Positions 9,003 through 18,512 of a stretch of 64,000 bases of DNA are shown here, piece by piece (the stretch's first letter is position 1; each line of letters opens with the position of its first letter). The DNA comes from Treponemataceae bacterium (GTDB taxonomy: Bacteria > Spirochaetota > Spirochaetia > Treponematales > Rectinemataceae): contig CAXXVZ010000004.1 of assembly GCA_963678065.2 (NCBI GenBank), positions 672,001 through 736,000 on the forward strand, read 5' to 3'. The position numbers were made by a program, and so were the translations under genes. The notes beneath the pieces are model-generated. The model was not told the origin of the DNA and did not search any database. It saw only the letters and a program-made list of their open reading frames with translations.

Positions 9003-10600
9003 GCCCCGAACGGGATGCGGCGGCCGGGACAGGGACGGACGCGAAGGGCGCGCGTGCCCCCGCCGGGCCTTCGATCGTGGCGCCAGCCCTTCTCATCCGC
9101 CTCGACGAGCGCGACACGGTCGCCGTCACTCCCGCCGACCTGGAGGCAGGAAGGTCCGCCGCAGTGCCGGGCGAAGCGGCCGTCATCCTCAGGCAATCGG
9201 TTAAAAAGGGCCACAAGGTCGCCCTCCTTCCCATCGCCCGCGGCGCGGCCGTCGTAAAATACGGTCACCCCATCGGGCGCGCCACCGCCGACATCGGCGC
9301 GGGCGACTGGGTCCACGTCCACAACCTCGCCTCCGGCATCTCCGGCGAGCTCGACTACGGCGAGGCGCCCACGCGCCCGGCGGCAATCCCGGAGCAGGTC
9401 TTCCCCGCGGAGCTTCCCGCCGAATTCATGGGCTACCGCCGCGAGGACGGGCTCGTCGGCGTACGCAACCAGATCTGGATCATACCCACGGTCGGCTGCG
9501 TGAACGGCGTGGCCGGGCGCGTCGCGGCCGCCGGGAACAGAGCCTTTGGCGCGGCCGCAGGCGGCAGGGAGGGCGTCGATCTGATCGCCCTCACCCACCC
9601 CTACGGCTGCTCACAGCTCGGGGACGACCTCGCCCACACACGGCGCATACTCGCATCCCTCGCGCGGCACCCGAACGCCGGCGGCGTCCTCGTCCTGGGC
9701 CTGGGCTGCGAAAACAACCTGATCGACGATTTCCTGGCAGAAATCGGTCCCCGCCCCGGAGGCTCGATCGAGGCGATCAGACTTCAGGACGTCGGCGACG
9801 AGATCGAGGCGGCCATGCTGGCGCTCGGGCGGCTCGCGAGCTACGCCTCGGGGTTCAAACGAGAGAAGATGCCAGCCTCGGAGCTCGTGATCGGCCTCAA
9901 GTGCGGTGGCTCCGACGGCTTCTCCGGCATCACGGCCAACCCCATGGTCGGCAGGATATCCGACCTCGTCGTGGCGGCCGGCGGCTCGGCCCTCCTCACC
10001 GAGGTCCCCGAGATGTTCGGCGCGGAGGACAACCTCCTCGACCGCGCGGCCTCGACCGAGGTCTGGAAATCGACGGTCGACATGGTCAATCACTGGAAGG
10101 CCTACTTTCTGGGCCACGGCCAGGGCAGCCACGAGAACCCCTCTCCGGGCAACCGCGAGGGCGGCATCACGACGATCGAAGAGAAATCCCTGGGCTGCGT
10201 GCGCAAGGCCGGCACGACGACGGTGGTCGACGTCGTGCCTTACGGCGGAAGGCGGAAGCTCCGCGGCCTCTCGCTCGTTTCGGGGCCTGGCAACGACCTC
10301 GTGTCGAGCACGGCCCTCGCCGCGGCGGGAGCTCAGCTCGTCATCTTCACGACCGGCAGGGGAACGCCCTTCGGTTCCGTCGTGCCGACCATCAAGGTAT
10401 CCACCACGACTGCGCTGGCCGGCCGCAAACCGGGCTGGATCGACTGGGACTCGGGCCCTCTCCTCGACGGAGCTGAGGCCGGAACCCTGGCGGCCGGCCT
10501 CTGGCGGGCCGTCATCGATACAGCCTCCGGCGATGCCACGAAGAGCGAGACCTCTGGCTACAGAGAGATAGCGATTTTCAAGGACGGAGTGACGCTGTAA
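8996..10600 (+). CDS. uxaA: Altronate dehydratase
   Basis: SAF domain GHKVAL..VVKYGHPIG..WVHVHN, then IPTVGCVN, HPYGCSQLGDD, KCGGSDGFSGITANP, ENPSPGN and IAIFKDGVTL. Confidence 0.95.
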   Translation: MVSPERDAAAGTGTDAKGARAPAGPSIVAPALLIRLDERDTVAVTPADLEAGRSAAVPGEAAVILRQSVKKGHKVALLPIARGAAVVKYGHPIGRATADIGAGDWVHVHNLASGISGELDYGEAPTRPAAIPEQVFPAELPAEFMGYRREDGLVGVRNQIWIIPTVGCVNGVAGRVAAAGNRAFGAAAGGREGVDLIALTHPYGCSQLGDDLAHTRRILASLARHPNAGGVLVLGLGCENNLIDDFLAEIGPRPGGSIEAIRLQDVGDEIEAAMLALGRLASYASGFKREKMPASELVIGLKCGGSDGFSGITANPMVGRISDLVVAAGGSALLTEVPEMFGAEDNLLDRAASTEVWKSTVDMVNHWKAYFLGHGQGSHENPSPGNREGGITTIEEKSLGCVRKAGTTTVVDVVPYGGRRKLRGLSLVSGPGNDLVSSTALAAAGAQLVIFTTGRGTPFGSVVPTIKVSTTTALAGRKPGWIDWDSGPLLDGAEAGTLAAGLWRAVIDTASGDATKSETSGYREIAIFKDGVTL

Positions 10601-10641
10601 GGTCCTGCAGGACCGCAGTTCCGTCCGGGGGAGAAAGACAG

Positions 10642-12066
10642 ATGAAAGCATTCATGGACGAAGATTTCCTCCTGAACACCGACGCCGCGCGCCGGCTCTA
10701 CCACGACTACGCCGAAGGCAGGCCCATCATCGACTTCCACTGCCACCTGCCTCCGGCCGCCATAGCGGACAACGCGAAATTCTCGAGCCTCGCTGAGGCC
10801 TGGCTCGGCGGTGACCACTACAAGTGGCGCGCGATGAGATCCAACGGCGTTCCCGAGGAGCTGGTGACCGGACCATCGCCCTGGGATGCCAGGTTCGAGG
10901 CCTGGGCGGGCACCGTACCCAAGCTCATCGGGAACCCTCTCTACCACTGGACGCATCTCGAGCTGAAGCGCTATTTCGGGATCGACGCGGTGCTCAATCC
11001 CGCGAACGCGCGGGAAATCCGCGAAAAATGCGACGCGACCCTCGCAGGCCCGGGCTATTCCGTCCGCGAACTCCTCTCGCGCATGAACGTGGCGGCGGTC
11101 TGCACGACGGACGACCCCGCGGACGACCTCGCGCACCACAAGTCCTACGCCCTCTCCCGCGGCTCCGGAGACTGCGTGATGGTTCCGTGTTTCCGCCCCG
11201 ACAAGGCCATGAACGCCGACAACCCCGCCGTCTGGAACGAGTACATCGGCAGGCTGGAAAAGACTTCCGGCGTCGCGATCTCGACATGGGGCGACCTCGC
11301 CCACGCCTTGGAGAAGAGGCACACGGTCTTCCACGAGGAAGGCTGCCGTCTCTCCGATCACGCTCTCGAGGTCCCCGTCGCCGAGGCAGCCGCGGGCTCC
11401 GAACTCAACCGACTCGTCGCGAGCCTCCGCGCGGGGACTACGCCGACCCTCCACGAAGCCGACAGGCTCCGCACCGCCGTCCTCTCCCTCGTCGGACGGC
11501 TCGACGAGGAGCGAGGCTGGACCATGCAGCTCCACATGGGCGCCATCCGCAACCTCAACTCCCGCATGTTCGCGAAACTCGGCCCCGACACAGGCTACGA
11601 CGCCATCGCCGACGGCATCGCCGCCAAGCCCCTCGCCCGCTTCCTCGACATGCTCGACCGCGAAGGCCAGCTGCCGGCGACCATCCTCTACACGCTCAAC
11701 CCGAACTGGAACGACATGCTCGGCACCATCATGGGCGCCTTCCAGGATGGATCGATACCCGGCAAGATGCAGTTCGGCTCGGCCTGGTGGTTCAACGACC
11801 AGCTCGACGGCATGCGCGCCCAGATGACGAGCCTCGCCAACATGGGCCTCCTGTCGCGCTTCGTCGGCATGCTCACCGATTCCCGCTCCTTCCTCTCCTT
11901 CCCGAGGCACGAGTACTTCCGCAGACTGCTCTGCTCCATCATCGGCGACTGGGTCGAGCGGGGCGAGGCTCCCGCTGACTACGAGCTCCTCGGAGGCATG
12001 GTCGAAGACATAAGCTGGCGCAACGCGGCGAGGCGCTTCGCCATCCCCGGCGTCGCCCTGCCGTAA
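10642..12066 (+). CDS. uxaC: Uronate isomerase
   Basis: PIIDFHCH, GDHYKWRAMR, GNPLYHWTHLEL, GSAWWFND and GMLTDSRSFLSFPRHEYFRR motifs. Confidence 0.97.
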   Translation: MKAFMDEDFLLNTDAARRLYHDYAEGRPIIDFHCHLPPAAIADNAKFSSLAEAWLGGDHYKWRAMRSNGVPEELVTGPSPWDARFEAWAGTVPKLIGNPLYHWTHLELKRYFGIDAVLNPANAREIREKCDATLAGPGYSVRELLSRMNVAAVCTTDDPADDLAHHKSYALSRGSGDCVMVPCFRPDKAMNADNPAVWNEYIGRLEKTSGVAISTWGDLAHALEKRHTVFHEEGCRLSDHALEVPVAEAAAGSELNRLVASLRAGTTPTLHEADRLRTAVLSLVGRLDEERGWTMQLHMGAIRNLNSRMFAKLGPDTGYDAIADGIAAKPLARFLDMLDREGQLPATILYTLNPNWNDMLGTIMGAFQDGSIPGKMQFGSAWWFNDQLDGMRAQMTSLANMGLLSRFVGMLTDSRSFLSFPRHEYFRRLLCSIIGDWVERGEAPADYELLGGMVEDISWRNAARRFAIPGVALP

Positions 12067-12252
12067 GCGCCTTTTCCAGGCCGCCCTTCCTGGCGTCGCT
12101 CTTCCACAAACTGGCGTCGTCAGGAACGGGGCTGCTTGAGTCTGATCCGCCGATCCGGCGGTATTCCGATCCGGTTGACAGGGGCGATCGCCGGATACTA
12201 TGTTTTTCCGCGTCCTGAAATTAATCGAGAACGAGAAAGAGAGAATCTTCCG

Positions 12253-13539
12253 ATGATGACTACCGCCATTATCCTGTTCGCTCTGACCTACGCGGCCCTC
12301 ATGGCTTTCCCGAAGTATCGCGCCTACATAGCGATCTTCTCCGCCTTCATCTTTGTCGTCTCAGGCATCCTGCCCGTCGGCGAAGTGATCGGTGCCGTGG
12401 ACTGGAACGTCATCATGATGATTGCGGGGACGATGGGCATCGTCTACCTGTTCATAGAGTCCAACATGCCGGCGCTTCTCGCCGACCTGATCATCGAGAA
12501 GATGCCGAACGTCAAATGGGCGATAATCGCGCTGTCGCTCTTCGCAGGCATCATTTCCGCCTTTGTCGACAATGTCGCCACCGTCCTCATGGTCGCCCCG
12601 GTCGCGGTCACCATCTCGAAAAAACTCAAAATCTCCCCGGTCGCCAGCATCATCGCCATCGCCATTTCCTCCAACCTCCAGGGTGCCGCCACCCTGGTCG
12701 GCGACACGACATCCATCCTGCTCGGCGGGCACGCGGGCATGAATTTCCTGGACTTTTTCGTCTACAAAGGCAAGCCGGGGATGTTCTGGGTAGTCCAAGC
12801 GGGCGCCCTAGCCTCCATGTTCGTTCTGGTGTACCTCTTCCGCAAGGACAGGGAGCCCATCAATGCTCTGGAGCGCACCGTCGTCACGGACTATTTTCCC
12901 ACAGTCCTCCTCGTCGGCACCGTACTTCTCCTGATTCTGGCCTCCCTTGTTCCGAAGGAATCGATTCCCCTCTTCATCACCAGCCACATCAACGGACTCA
13001 TCTGCCTGGGTCTGATGGTGCTCGGCTTTCTCTACGATATCGCGACGACGAGGAGCACCAAGACCGTCCTCAGCGCGATCAAGGAGATCGACTACTTCAC
13101 CCTGCTTCTGCTCGCCGGACTGTTCGTCGTCATCGCGGGCATCTCCAGGGCCGGCGTGGTGGACGAGATAAGCGCGGTCTTCGTCAGGTTGAGCGGGAAC
13201 AACGTGTTCGTCATCTACACCCTGATCGTGTGGGTATCCGTCATCCTCTCGGCCTTCATCGACAACATTCCCTATGTGGCCACGATGCTCCCGGTGGCGA
13301 CCGGCATCGCCGCCCAACTCGGCATAGATCCGACTCTGATCTATTTCGGACTGATGGTGGGAGCCACCCTCGGCGGCAACCTGACGCCCATTGGCGCGTC
13401 GGCCAACATCGCCGGACTCGGAATCCTCCGGAAGGAAGGCTACGAGGTGAAGGCGACGCAGTTCATGAAGATCAGCGTGCCCTTCACTCTCGCCGCCGTG
13501 ACCTCGGGATATCTCCTGGTCTGGCTGATCTGGGCCTAG
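12253..13539 (+). CDS. IT-superfamily (ArsB/NhaD/SLC13/P-protein-like) permease
   Basis: Highly hydrophobic; ISAFVDNVATVL, SNLQGAATLVGD, SAFIDNIPYV and LGGNLTPIGASAN motifs. TTGACA at 12175 upstream. Confidence 0.85.
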   Translation: MMTTAIILFALTYAALMAFPKYRAYIAIFSAFIFVVSGILPVGEVIGAVDWNVIMMIAGTMGIVYLFIESNMPALLADLIIEKMPNVKWAIIALSLFAGIISAFVDNVATVLMVAPVAVTISKKLKISPVASIIAIAISSNLQGAATLVGDTTSILLGGHAGMNFLDFFVYKGKPGMFWVVQAGALASMFVLVYLFRKDREPINALERTVVTDYFPTVLLVGTVLLLILASLVPKESIPLFITSHINGLICLGLMVLGFLYDIATTRSTKTVLSAIKEIDYFTLLLLAGLFVVIAGISRAGVVDEISAVFVRLSGNNVFVIYTLIVWVSVILSAFIDNIPYVATMLPVATGIAAQLGIDPTLIYFGLMVGATLGGNLTPIGASANIAGLGILRKEGYEVKATQFMKISVPFTLAAVTSGYLLVWLIWA

Positions 13540-13583
13540 CCGGGACTCATTCCCGCCGTCCGGCAGATCGGCGAATCCAGGAT

Positions 13584-13610
13584 GCCCGGGGAAACCCGGG
13601 CGTTTTTATT
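13584..13610 (+). terminator. Intrinsic terminator between the convergent permease genes
   Basis: GCCCGGG-GAAA-CCCGGGC followed by GTTTTTATT. Confidence 0.75.
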
Positions 13611-13616
13611 TACAGT

Positions 13617-14897
13617 TTAAGAGTTGACAGACCAGTATGTAAAAGCGGCAGCGGCGGCGGTCGTCACGAGTGTGAACGGAACGCCGATCTTGACCCAGTC
13701 CATGAATGTAACTTTTCTCCCCTCCTTCTTGACGAGGCCGACTGCCACCACATTGGCCGAGGCGCCGAAGGGCGTCAGGTTGCCGCCGAGGCATGAGCCG
13801 ATGAGGAGGCCGAACATGAAGAGCTCGGGCGCAAGGCCGAGGGACTTCGCGAGCTTGTCGGCGACCGGCAGCATGGCGATGATGTAGGGAACATTGTCCA
13901 CGAAGCCGGACACGAGGACGGAAACAGAGACGATGACGATGAAACCGAGCACCGCGTTGTTCCCGATGAAGCCGCCGAGGATCCGCGCGAGATCGTCGAG
14001 AAGGCCGACTTCGGTGATCGTACCGACGACGATGAAGATGCCGATCAGGAAGAGGATGGTGTCCCAGTCGAGGCTCCTGACGAGCTTCATGGCCGCGCTG
14101 GGCTTCTCCTTGCGGATGAACACGTACCAGGCGAGGCCTATCGCTCCGAGACCGAGACAGAAGAAGCCTGAACCGATATGTAGGCCGCCTGAAGACAGGA
14201 AGGAGATGGCGGCGAGTCCTCCGATCATGCCCGCAAGGAGGATGGTCGGAACCCAAGAGACGATCTTCTCGTTCGGCAGGTCGATGTGTATCTTCTTGAG
14301 ATTCCGGAAATATCCGTAGAAATAAAGGGCGCCGACGATGGCCCCAACCTGCACGGAGAAGAATATGGAGAGCTTGCCGGCATGGACGAAGAAATCGTTG
14401 AAGGAGTAGCCGGCGAAACTCGCGAAGATCATGGAGGGAGGATCGCCGACGAGGGTGGCCGTGCCCTGGAGGTTGGCCATGACGGCGAGTCCGATCATGA
14501 AGGGAGTCGGATCGAGTTTGAGGCGCCTCGAGATCTCCAGTGCGATCGGCGCCATGACGAGGACCGTGGCCACATTCTCGACGAAGGCCGAGATGAGTCC
14601 GGTGATGATGAGAATCGCGACGATCGCTATCCCGAGGGTCGGAGATTTTTCCACGACCTTGTCGGATATCCAGGCGGGAACCTTCGAATAGATGAAGAGG
14701 TCGGCGATGACAAGGCTCCCGATGTAGATCATGAGAATGTTCCAGTTCACGAGTTCGGTGATCGCCTTCTCGAAGCCGACAGCTCCGATCACGAGGAATA
14801 CCGCGGATGTGGCGAGGGCTATCCAGGATTTTCTGTGCGAAAACGCGATCACAAGCCCATACATTACGAGAGTAAGGACGAGTACGAAAATTTTCAT
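13617..14897 (-). CDS. IT-superfamily (ArsB/NhaD/SLC13/P-protein-like) permease, paralogue of 12253-13539
   Basis: ISAFVENVATVL, ANLQGTATLVGDPPS, SGFVDNVPYI and LGGNLTPFGASAN motifs; RBS GGAGG before ATG 14897. Confidence 0.87.
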   Translation of the reverse strand: MKIFVLVLTLVMYGLVIAFSHRKSWIALATSAVFLVIGAVGFEKAITELVNWNILMIYIGSLVIADLFIYSKVPAWISDKVVEKSPTLGIAIVAILIITGLISAFVENVATVLVMAPIALEISRRLKLDPTPFMIGLAVMANLQGTATLVGDPPSMIFASFAGYSFNDFFVHAGKLSIFFSVQVGAIVGALYFYGYFRNLKKIHIDLPNEKIVSWVPTILLAGMIGGLAAISFLSSGGLHIGSGFFCLGLGAIGLAWYVFIRKEKPSAAMKLVRSLDWDTILFLIGIFIVVGTITEVGLLDDLARILGGFIGNNAVLGFIVIVSVSVLVSGFVDNVPYIIAMLPVADKLAKSLGLAPELFMFGLLIGSCLGGNLTPFGASANVVAVGLVKKEGRKVTFMDWVKIGVPFTLVTTAAAAAFTYWSVNS

Positions 14898-14969
14898 GCG
14901 CGTAGCCTCCAGCTGCCGGACGGATTCGCGAAACGCTGCGGCGCCATCCAGCGAATCCGTCATGCAGAT

Positions 14970-15015
14970 AAAAAAATGGCGAGACCGTACGGACACCGCC
15001 CGTACAGTCTCGCCA
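14970..15015 (-). terminator. Riboswitch expression-platform terminator
   Basis: Minus strand TGGCGAGACTGTACGG-GCGGTGT-CCGTACGGTCTCGCCA-TTTTTTT; its 5' arm is the 3' end of the aptamer. Confidence 0.85.
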
Positions 15016-15124
15016 ATCCTTTATCAGGATCAGAAGGGCCGGGATGCGGGGATGATTCACATCTTCGCATCCGTGCTGACGACCCATTCTTCCGCCTCTC
15101 CGGCGGCAGGCTACTCCCTGTTAC
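15002..15124 (-). ncRNA. yybP-ykoY (manganese) riboswitch aptamer
   Basis: Minus strand reads ACAGGGAGTAGC ... GGGTCGTCAGCACG-GATGCG...CGCATC-CCGGCCC ... TGGCGAGACTGT. This matches the yybP-ykoY hallmarks GGGAGUAGC, GUCGUCANNNCG, CCGGC and GCRAGAC, with P1 ACAG/CUGU. Recognised by eye, not by covariance model. Confidence 0.85.
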
Positions 15125-15131
15125 TCTAAAA

Positions 15132-15160
15132 AAACTACCACGCAATCGGCAATCACGCAA
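15132..15160 (-). promoter_or_regulatory. Putative sigma70 promoter for the riboswitch-permease transcript
   Basis: TTGCGT-17 nt-TAGTTT with a TG extension; the predicted start site falls at the aptamer 5' end. Confidence 0.55.
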
Positions 15161-15310
15161 GCTATATTCCGTTTTTTCTATACACACATCCGCATCGTTC
15201 CCGGCCGCGTGCGCAGGACGAAAAACCTTTCATGATCTGACCATCCTTGACCGGCTCCACGGCGTTGTCACTGGCCGGACAAGTCAGCCCGTCGTGTTCA
15301 TACGTCGCTC

Positions 15311-16618
15311 CTAGCGAAGGAACAATTTCGGTAACCCCAAGGTCAGGAACGGCACGAAGGTAACCAGGAGGAGACCGACCACCATCACCCCGAACATCGG
15401 CAGCATCTTTACCGCAGTACGTTCGATAGGCGTCTTGCCGATCGCGCAGCCCACGAACAGGGCGCTGCCGACGGGCGGAGTACAGAGGCCGACGGCGAGG
15501 TTGAAGATGAGCATGATGCCGAATTGTACTGGATCCATGCCGATGACAGGGCCCGTTACCACTGGCATCAGTATCGGAGTCATGATCAGGATGAGCGGCG
15601 CCATGTCCATGAAGCATCCCAGGAACAGGAGCAGCGCGTTAATGATGAGCAACAGCAGGGTCCGGTTGTTGGTGAGGCCGATCAAACCCATGGTGATGGC
15701 GTCCGGAATGTGCAGGAGAGTCATCATGTAGGCGAAGGACTTCGCCGCGGCGATGAGCGTGAGCACGATGGCGAGGGTCTTGAGCGTGTTCTTCAATACC
15801 TTGCCCATGCTTTTGATCGGCGAGGAACGGAAAATGACGTAGGTCAGGAGGAAGGTGTACACGCAGGCGATGGCGGCGGATTCCGTAGCGGTGAAGATGC
15901 CGGCGGCGACTCCCACCATGATGATGATGAGAATGAACATCGGCAGGATGGCGTTCACCACGATCTTGAGCCGCTGCCCCTTGGGGACGGGATCGCAGCG
16001 CGGGAATTTATATTTTTTTGACATGAAAAAACACAAGATCATCAGCCCGAAGCCCAGCATCACTCCGGGGATGAGACCTCCGAGGAAGAGATTGGCGATC
16101 TGTCCCCCGATGCCGGCTGCCAGGGCGTAGATTATCATGTTGTGGCTCGGCGGGATCAGGACGCCCTGACAAGCCGTGGTCACGGTGAGGCCGACCGCGA
16201 AATCCTCGTCGTAGCCCTGCTCAACCATCATCGGGATGACGATCGAGCCCAGGGAGGAGACGTCGGCTACGGCCGAGCCCGAAATGCCGCCGAAGAACAT
16301 GGAGTCGACGCAGTTGATGTAGGCAAGCCCCCCACGGAAGCGGCCTACGAGGAGATTGGCCAGGTCGACGATCTTCCTGGAAATACCCCCCTCACCCATG
16401 ATCTCGCCCATGGCGATGAAAAACGGTATGGCCAGAAGGGTGAAGCTGTCGATCCCCTTGACCATCTGCTGCACGAGCGTCGACAGTCCCTGACCGTAGG
16501 ATAGCGCGCTGAGCACCGCGGAGAGCAGCAGCGTGAAGGCGATGGGGACGCGGATGACCATAAGCACGATGAAGCTGCCCAGCAACACGATCGTCGCGAT
16601 AACGCTATTGTCGATCAT
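15311..16618 (-). CDS. dctM: TRAP transporter large permease
   Basis: SFTLLAIPFF, FFGGISGSAVAD, LIPPSHNMIIY, FTATESAA and GLCTPPVG motifs. Confidence 0.95.
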   Translation of the reverse strand: MIDNSVIATIVLLGSFIVLMVIRVPIAFTLLLSAVLSALSYGQGLSTLVQQMVKGIDSFTLLAIPFFIAMGEIMGEGGISRKIVDLANLLVGRFRGGLAYINCVDSMFFGGISGSAVADVSSLGSIVIPMMVEQGYDEDFAVGLTVTTACQGVLIPPSHNMIIYALAAGIGGQIANLFLGGLIPGVMLGFGLMILCFFMSKKYKFPRCDPVPKGQRLKIVVNAILPMFILIIIMVGVAAGIFTATESAAIACVYTFLLTYVIFRSSPIKSMGKVLKNTLKTLAIVLTLIAAAKSFAYMMTLLHIPDAITMGLIGLTNNRTLLLLIINALLLFLGCFMDMAPLILIMTPILMPVVTGPVIGMDPVQFGIMLIFNLAVGLCTPPVGSALFVGCAIGKTPIERTAVKMLPMFGVMVVGLLLVTFVPFLTLGLPKLFLR

Positions 16619-17190
16619 TCATTCCCCCGCTTCCCGGATTTCCCGTGTTTTTCCAGGTGGATCACCTGCAGCTCCTCCTCCTTCTCGGAATACAGCAGGT
16701 CGTCCTCCTTGAGTACGCCGAAAAGGAACAGGAGCGAGTCGTACATGATGATGGTTCCGGCGATAGGCATCGAAATATATTGGACCGAGCGGGGGAAACC
16801 TGTCGCGGCCATGGTGAAGCGCCACAGCTGGACGCAGAGGTTCCATCCGTAAAACGTCATTATGGCGCCACAGGAAAAGGTCGAGAGGTTGATGAGGATG
16901 TCCAGGATCTTACGCCCCCGGCCGTTCGCCGGAAGGCGGGTATAGAAGAAACCGAGCCCGATGTGCAGGTGATCGCGGACGCCCATGGCGCAGGCGATGA
17001 ACGCAAAGAGGGCGACCAGGGTGCGCGGCACCTCTTCCGCCCAGATTATTCCGGAATTCAGGACATAACGGAAGAACACCGTGGTGCACACGATCGCGAT
17101 CATGGCGAACAATGCCACCTGAGCGATGACGAGCAGTATCTTGTGGATGACGGTATCGATGGAGCGAAGAATTCCAGCGAAGTCGCGCAT
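16615..17190 (-). CDS. dctQ: TRAP transporter small permease
   Basis: Four hydrophobic segments, VFFRYVLN..IWAEEV and HLHI motifs; lies between dctP and dctM with an overlapping stop/start. Confidence 0.9.
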   Translation of the reverse strand: MRDFAGILRSIDTVIHKILLVIAQVALFAMIAIVCTTVFFRYVLNSGIIWAEEVPRTLVALFAFIACAMGVRDHLHIGLGFFYTRLPANGRGRKILDILINLSTFSCGAIMTFYGWNLCVQLWRFTMAATGFPRSVQYISMPIAGTIIMYDSLLFLFGVLKEDDLLYSEKEEELQVIHLEKHGKSGKRGNE

Positions 17191-17261
17191 GTAGCCTCTC
17201 CCCTTGACCAAGAAAGAGGAATCCCCTCGGAGGGGGATCCCTCTTTTTCATCGAAGCTCCT

Positions 17262-18257
17262 TCAGAACTTCTTGCCCAATTCGGCTATAGCGTTGATGAT
17301 GCTCGTGTATTTCGCGCCGTATTCCTTGTAGAGGGGCGCCATTGCGTCCTGGAACGCCTGCATCTCCTTGGCGGTCAGGGGCACCGCCGTGGCACCGTTG
17401 GCCAGCACATTCGCCTCGGACTTCTTCTCCATCGCCTTCCACTGGGCGATCTCGAATTCCTGGGTCTGCTTGGCGCAGGCTTTGATGATCTCGATATCCG
17501 CGGCAGATACCTTCCTCGCCTTGAGGGAAGCCTCCGACACAAGGAGGATCTCGGGGACCCGGGTGTGGTGGTCGAGAATGTAGAACTTCGCCGCCTTGAA
17601 GTCGCCCTTGGTGTCATAGGTCGGCCAGTTGTTCTCGGCGCCGTCGATGATCCCGGACATGATGCTGGAATAGATCTCGTTCGATCCGATGCCGGTCACG
17701 GAAGTCGCGCCGAGGAGCTCGGTCATCTTGACCATCATCTTGTTGTCCTGCATGCGGATCTTGAGACCGGCCAGCTCCTTGGGGGTGGTGGCTTTCTTTG
17801 TGAGGTAGTAGCAGCGACTGCCGGCGTCGTACCAGCACAGACCGATGAGCCCCGAGCCGGAGGACTGGACCTTTTTCAGCATGTCCTGCCCGATCTGACC
17901 GTTGAGTACCGCCCACATGTGGTCTGAGTTCTTGTACAGGTAAGGAAGCTGAATGGCGTTGAGGTCGGGCACGAACTCGGCCACCGGTGCGGCAGATACG
18001 CGGGCGAAGCCCAGCTCGCCGATGACCATGGCTTCGATGGATTCTGCCTCGGTCCCGTACAGGACGCCGCCGGAATACACGGCAATCTCGATGCGGCCCT
18101 GGGTTTTTTCGTTGACCAACCTAGCGAACTCTCTGTCGGCCATCGTCGTGGGATAGCCCTCCATGTGGACTTCGCTCAATTTGAGCTTGATCGGCGCCGC
18201 CGAAAGGATAGTGACAACCAGCATGAGCATCGAAATCACTAAAGCCGTCTTCTTCAT
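17262..18257 (-). CDS. dctP: TRAP transporter substrate-binding protein (sugar-acid type)
   Basis: Signal peptide, QLPYLYKNSDH, GLKIRMQ (carboxylate-binding Arg), IDGAENN and HTRVPE motifs. Confidence 0.93.
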   Translation of the reverse strand: MKKTALVISMLMLVVTILSAAPIKLKLSEVHMEGYPTTMADREFARLVNEKTQGRIEIAVYSGGVLYGTEAESIEAMVIGELGFARVSAAPVAEFVPDLNAIQLPYLYKNSDHMWAVLNGQIGQDMLKKVQSSGSGLIGLCWYDAGSRCYYLTKKATTPKELAGLKIRMQDNKMMVKMTELLGATSVTGIGSNEIYSSIMSGIIDGAENNWPTYDTKGDFKAAKFYILDHHTRVPEILLVSEASLKARKVSAADIEIIKACAKQTQEFEIAQWKAMEKKSEANVLANGATAVPLTAKEMQAFQDAMAPLYKEYGAKYTSIINAIAELGKKF

Positions 18258-18512
18258 GATGCTTTTCCTCCTATAGAAACTTTGCCGAGATATCCTTGAT
18301 GGATCTCGGTTCTCGTGACCCCGTTCACGTCCCTCATCATTAAGCCCATTTTAACGCGTCTAGGTTGGCCCTCCAGATAGAAGTCCCATGGTCACTGGAT
18401 CGCCGGAGACAGTCTAGGGTTGTTCCCGGAATTGAGGATGCCGAAGTTCATGTCATTTTCGGTACTTTGATGCTCGGGATAGCCGATTCAAGGATGAAGG
18501 GGCCGCAGATAT

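Noticed and set aside
12253..14897. ArsB-like permeases as an arsenic resistance locus
   Set aside because: No arsR, arsC or arsA; similarity is only at superfamily level, and the leader points to manganese.
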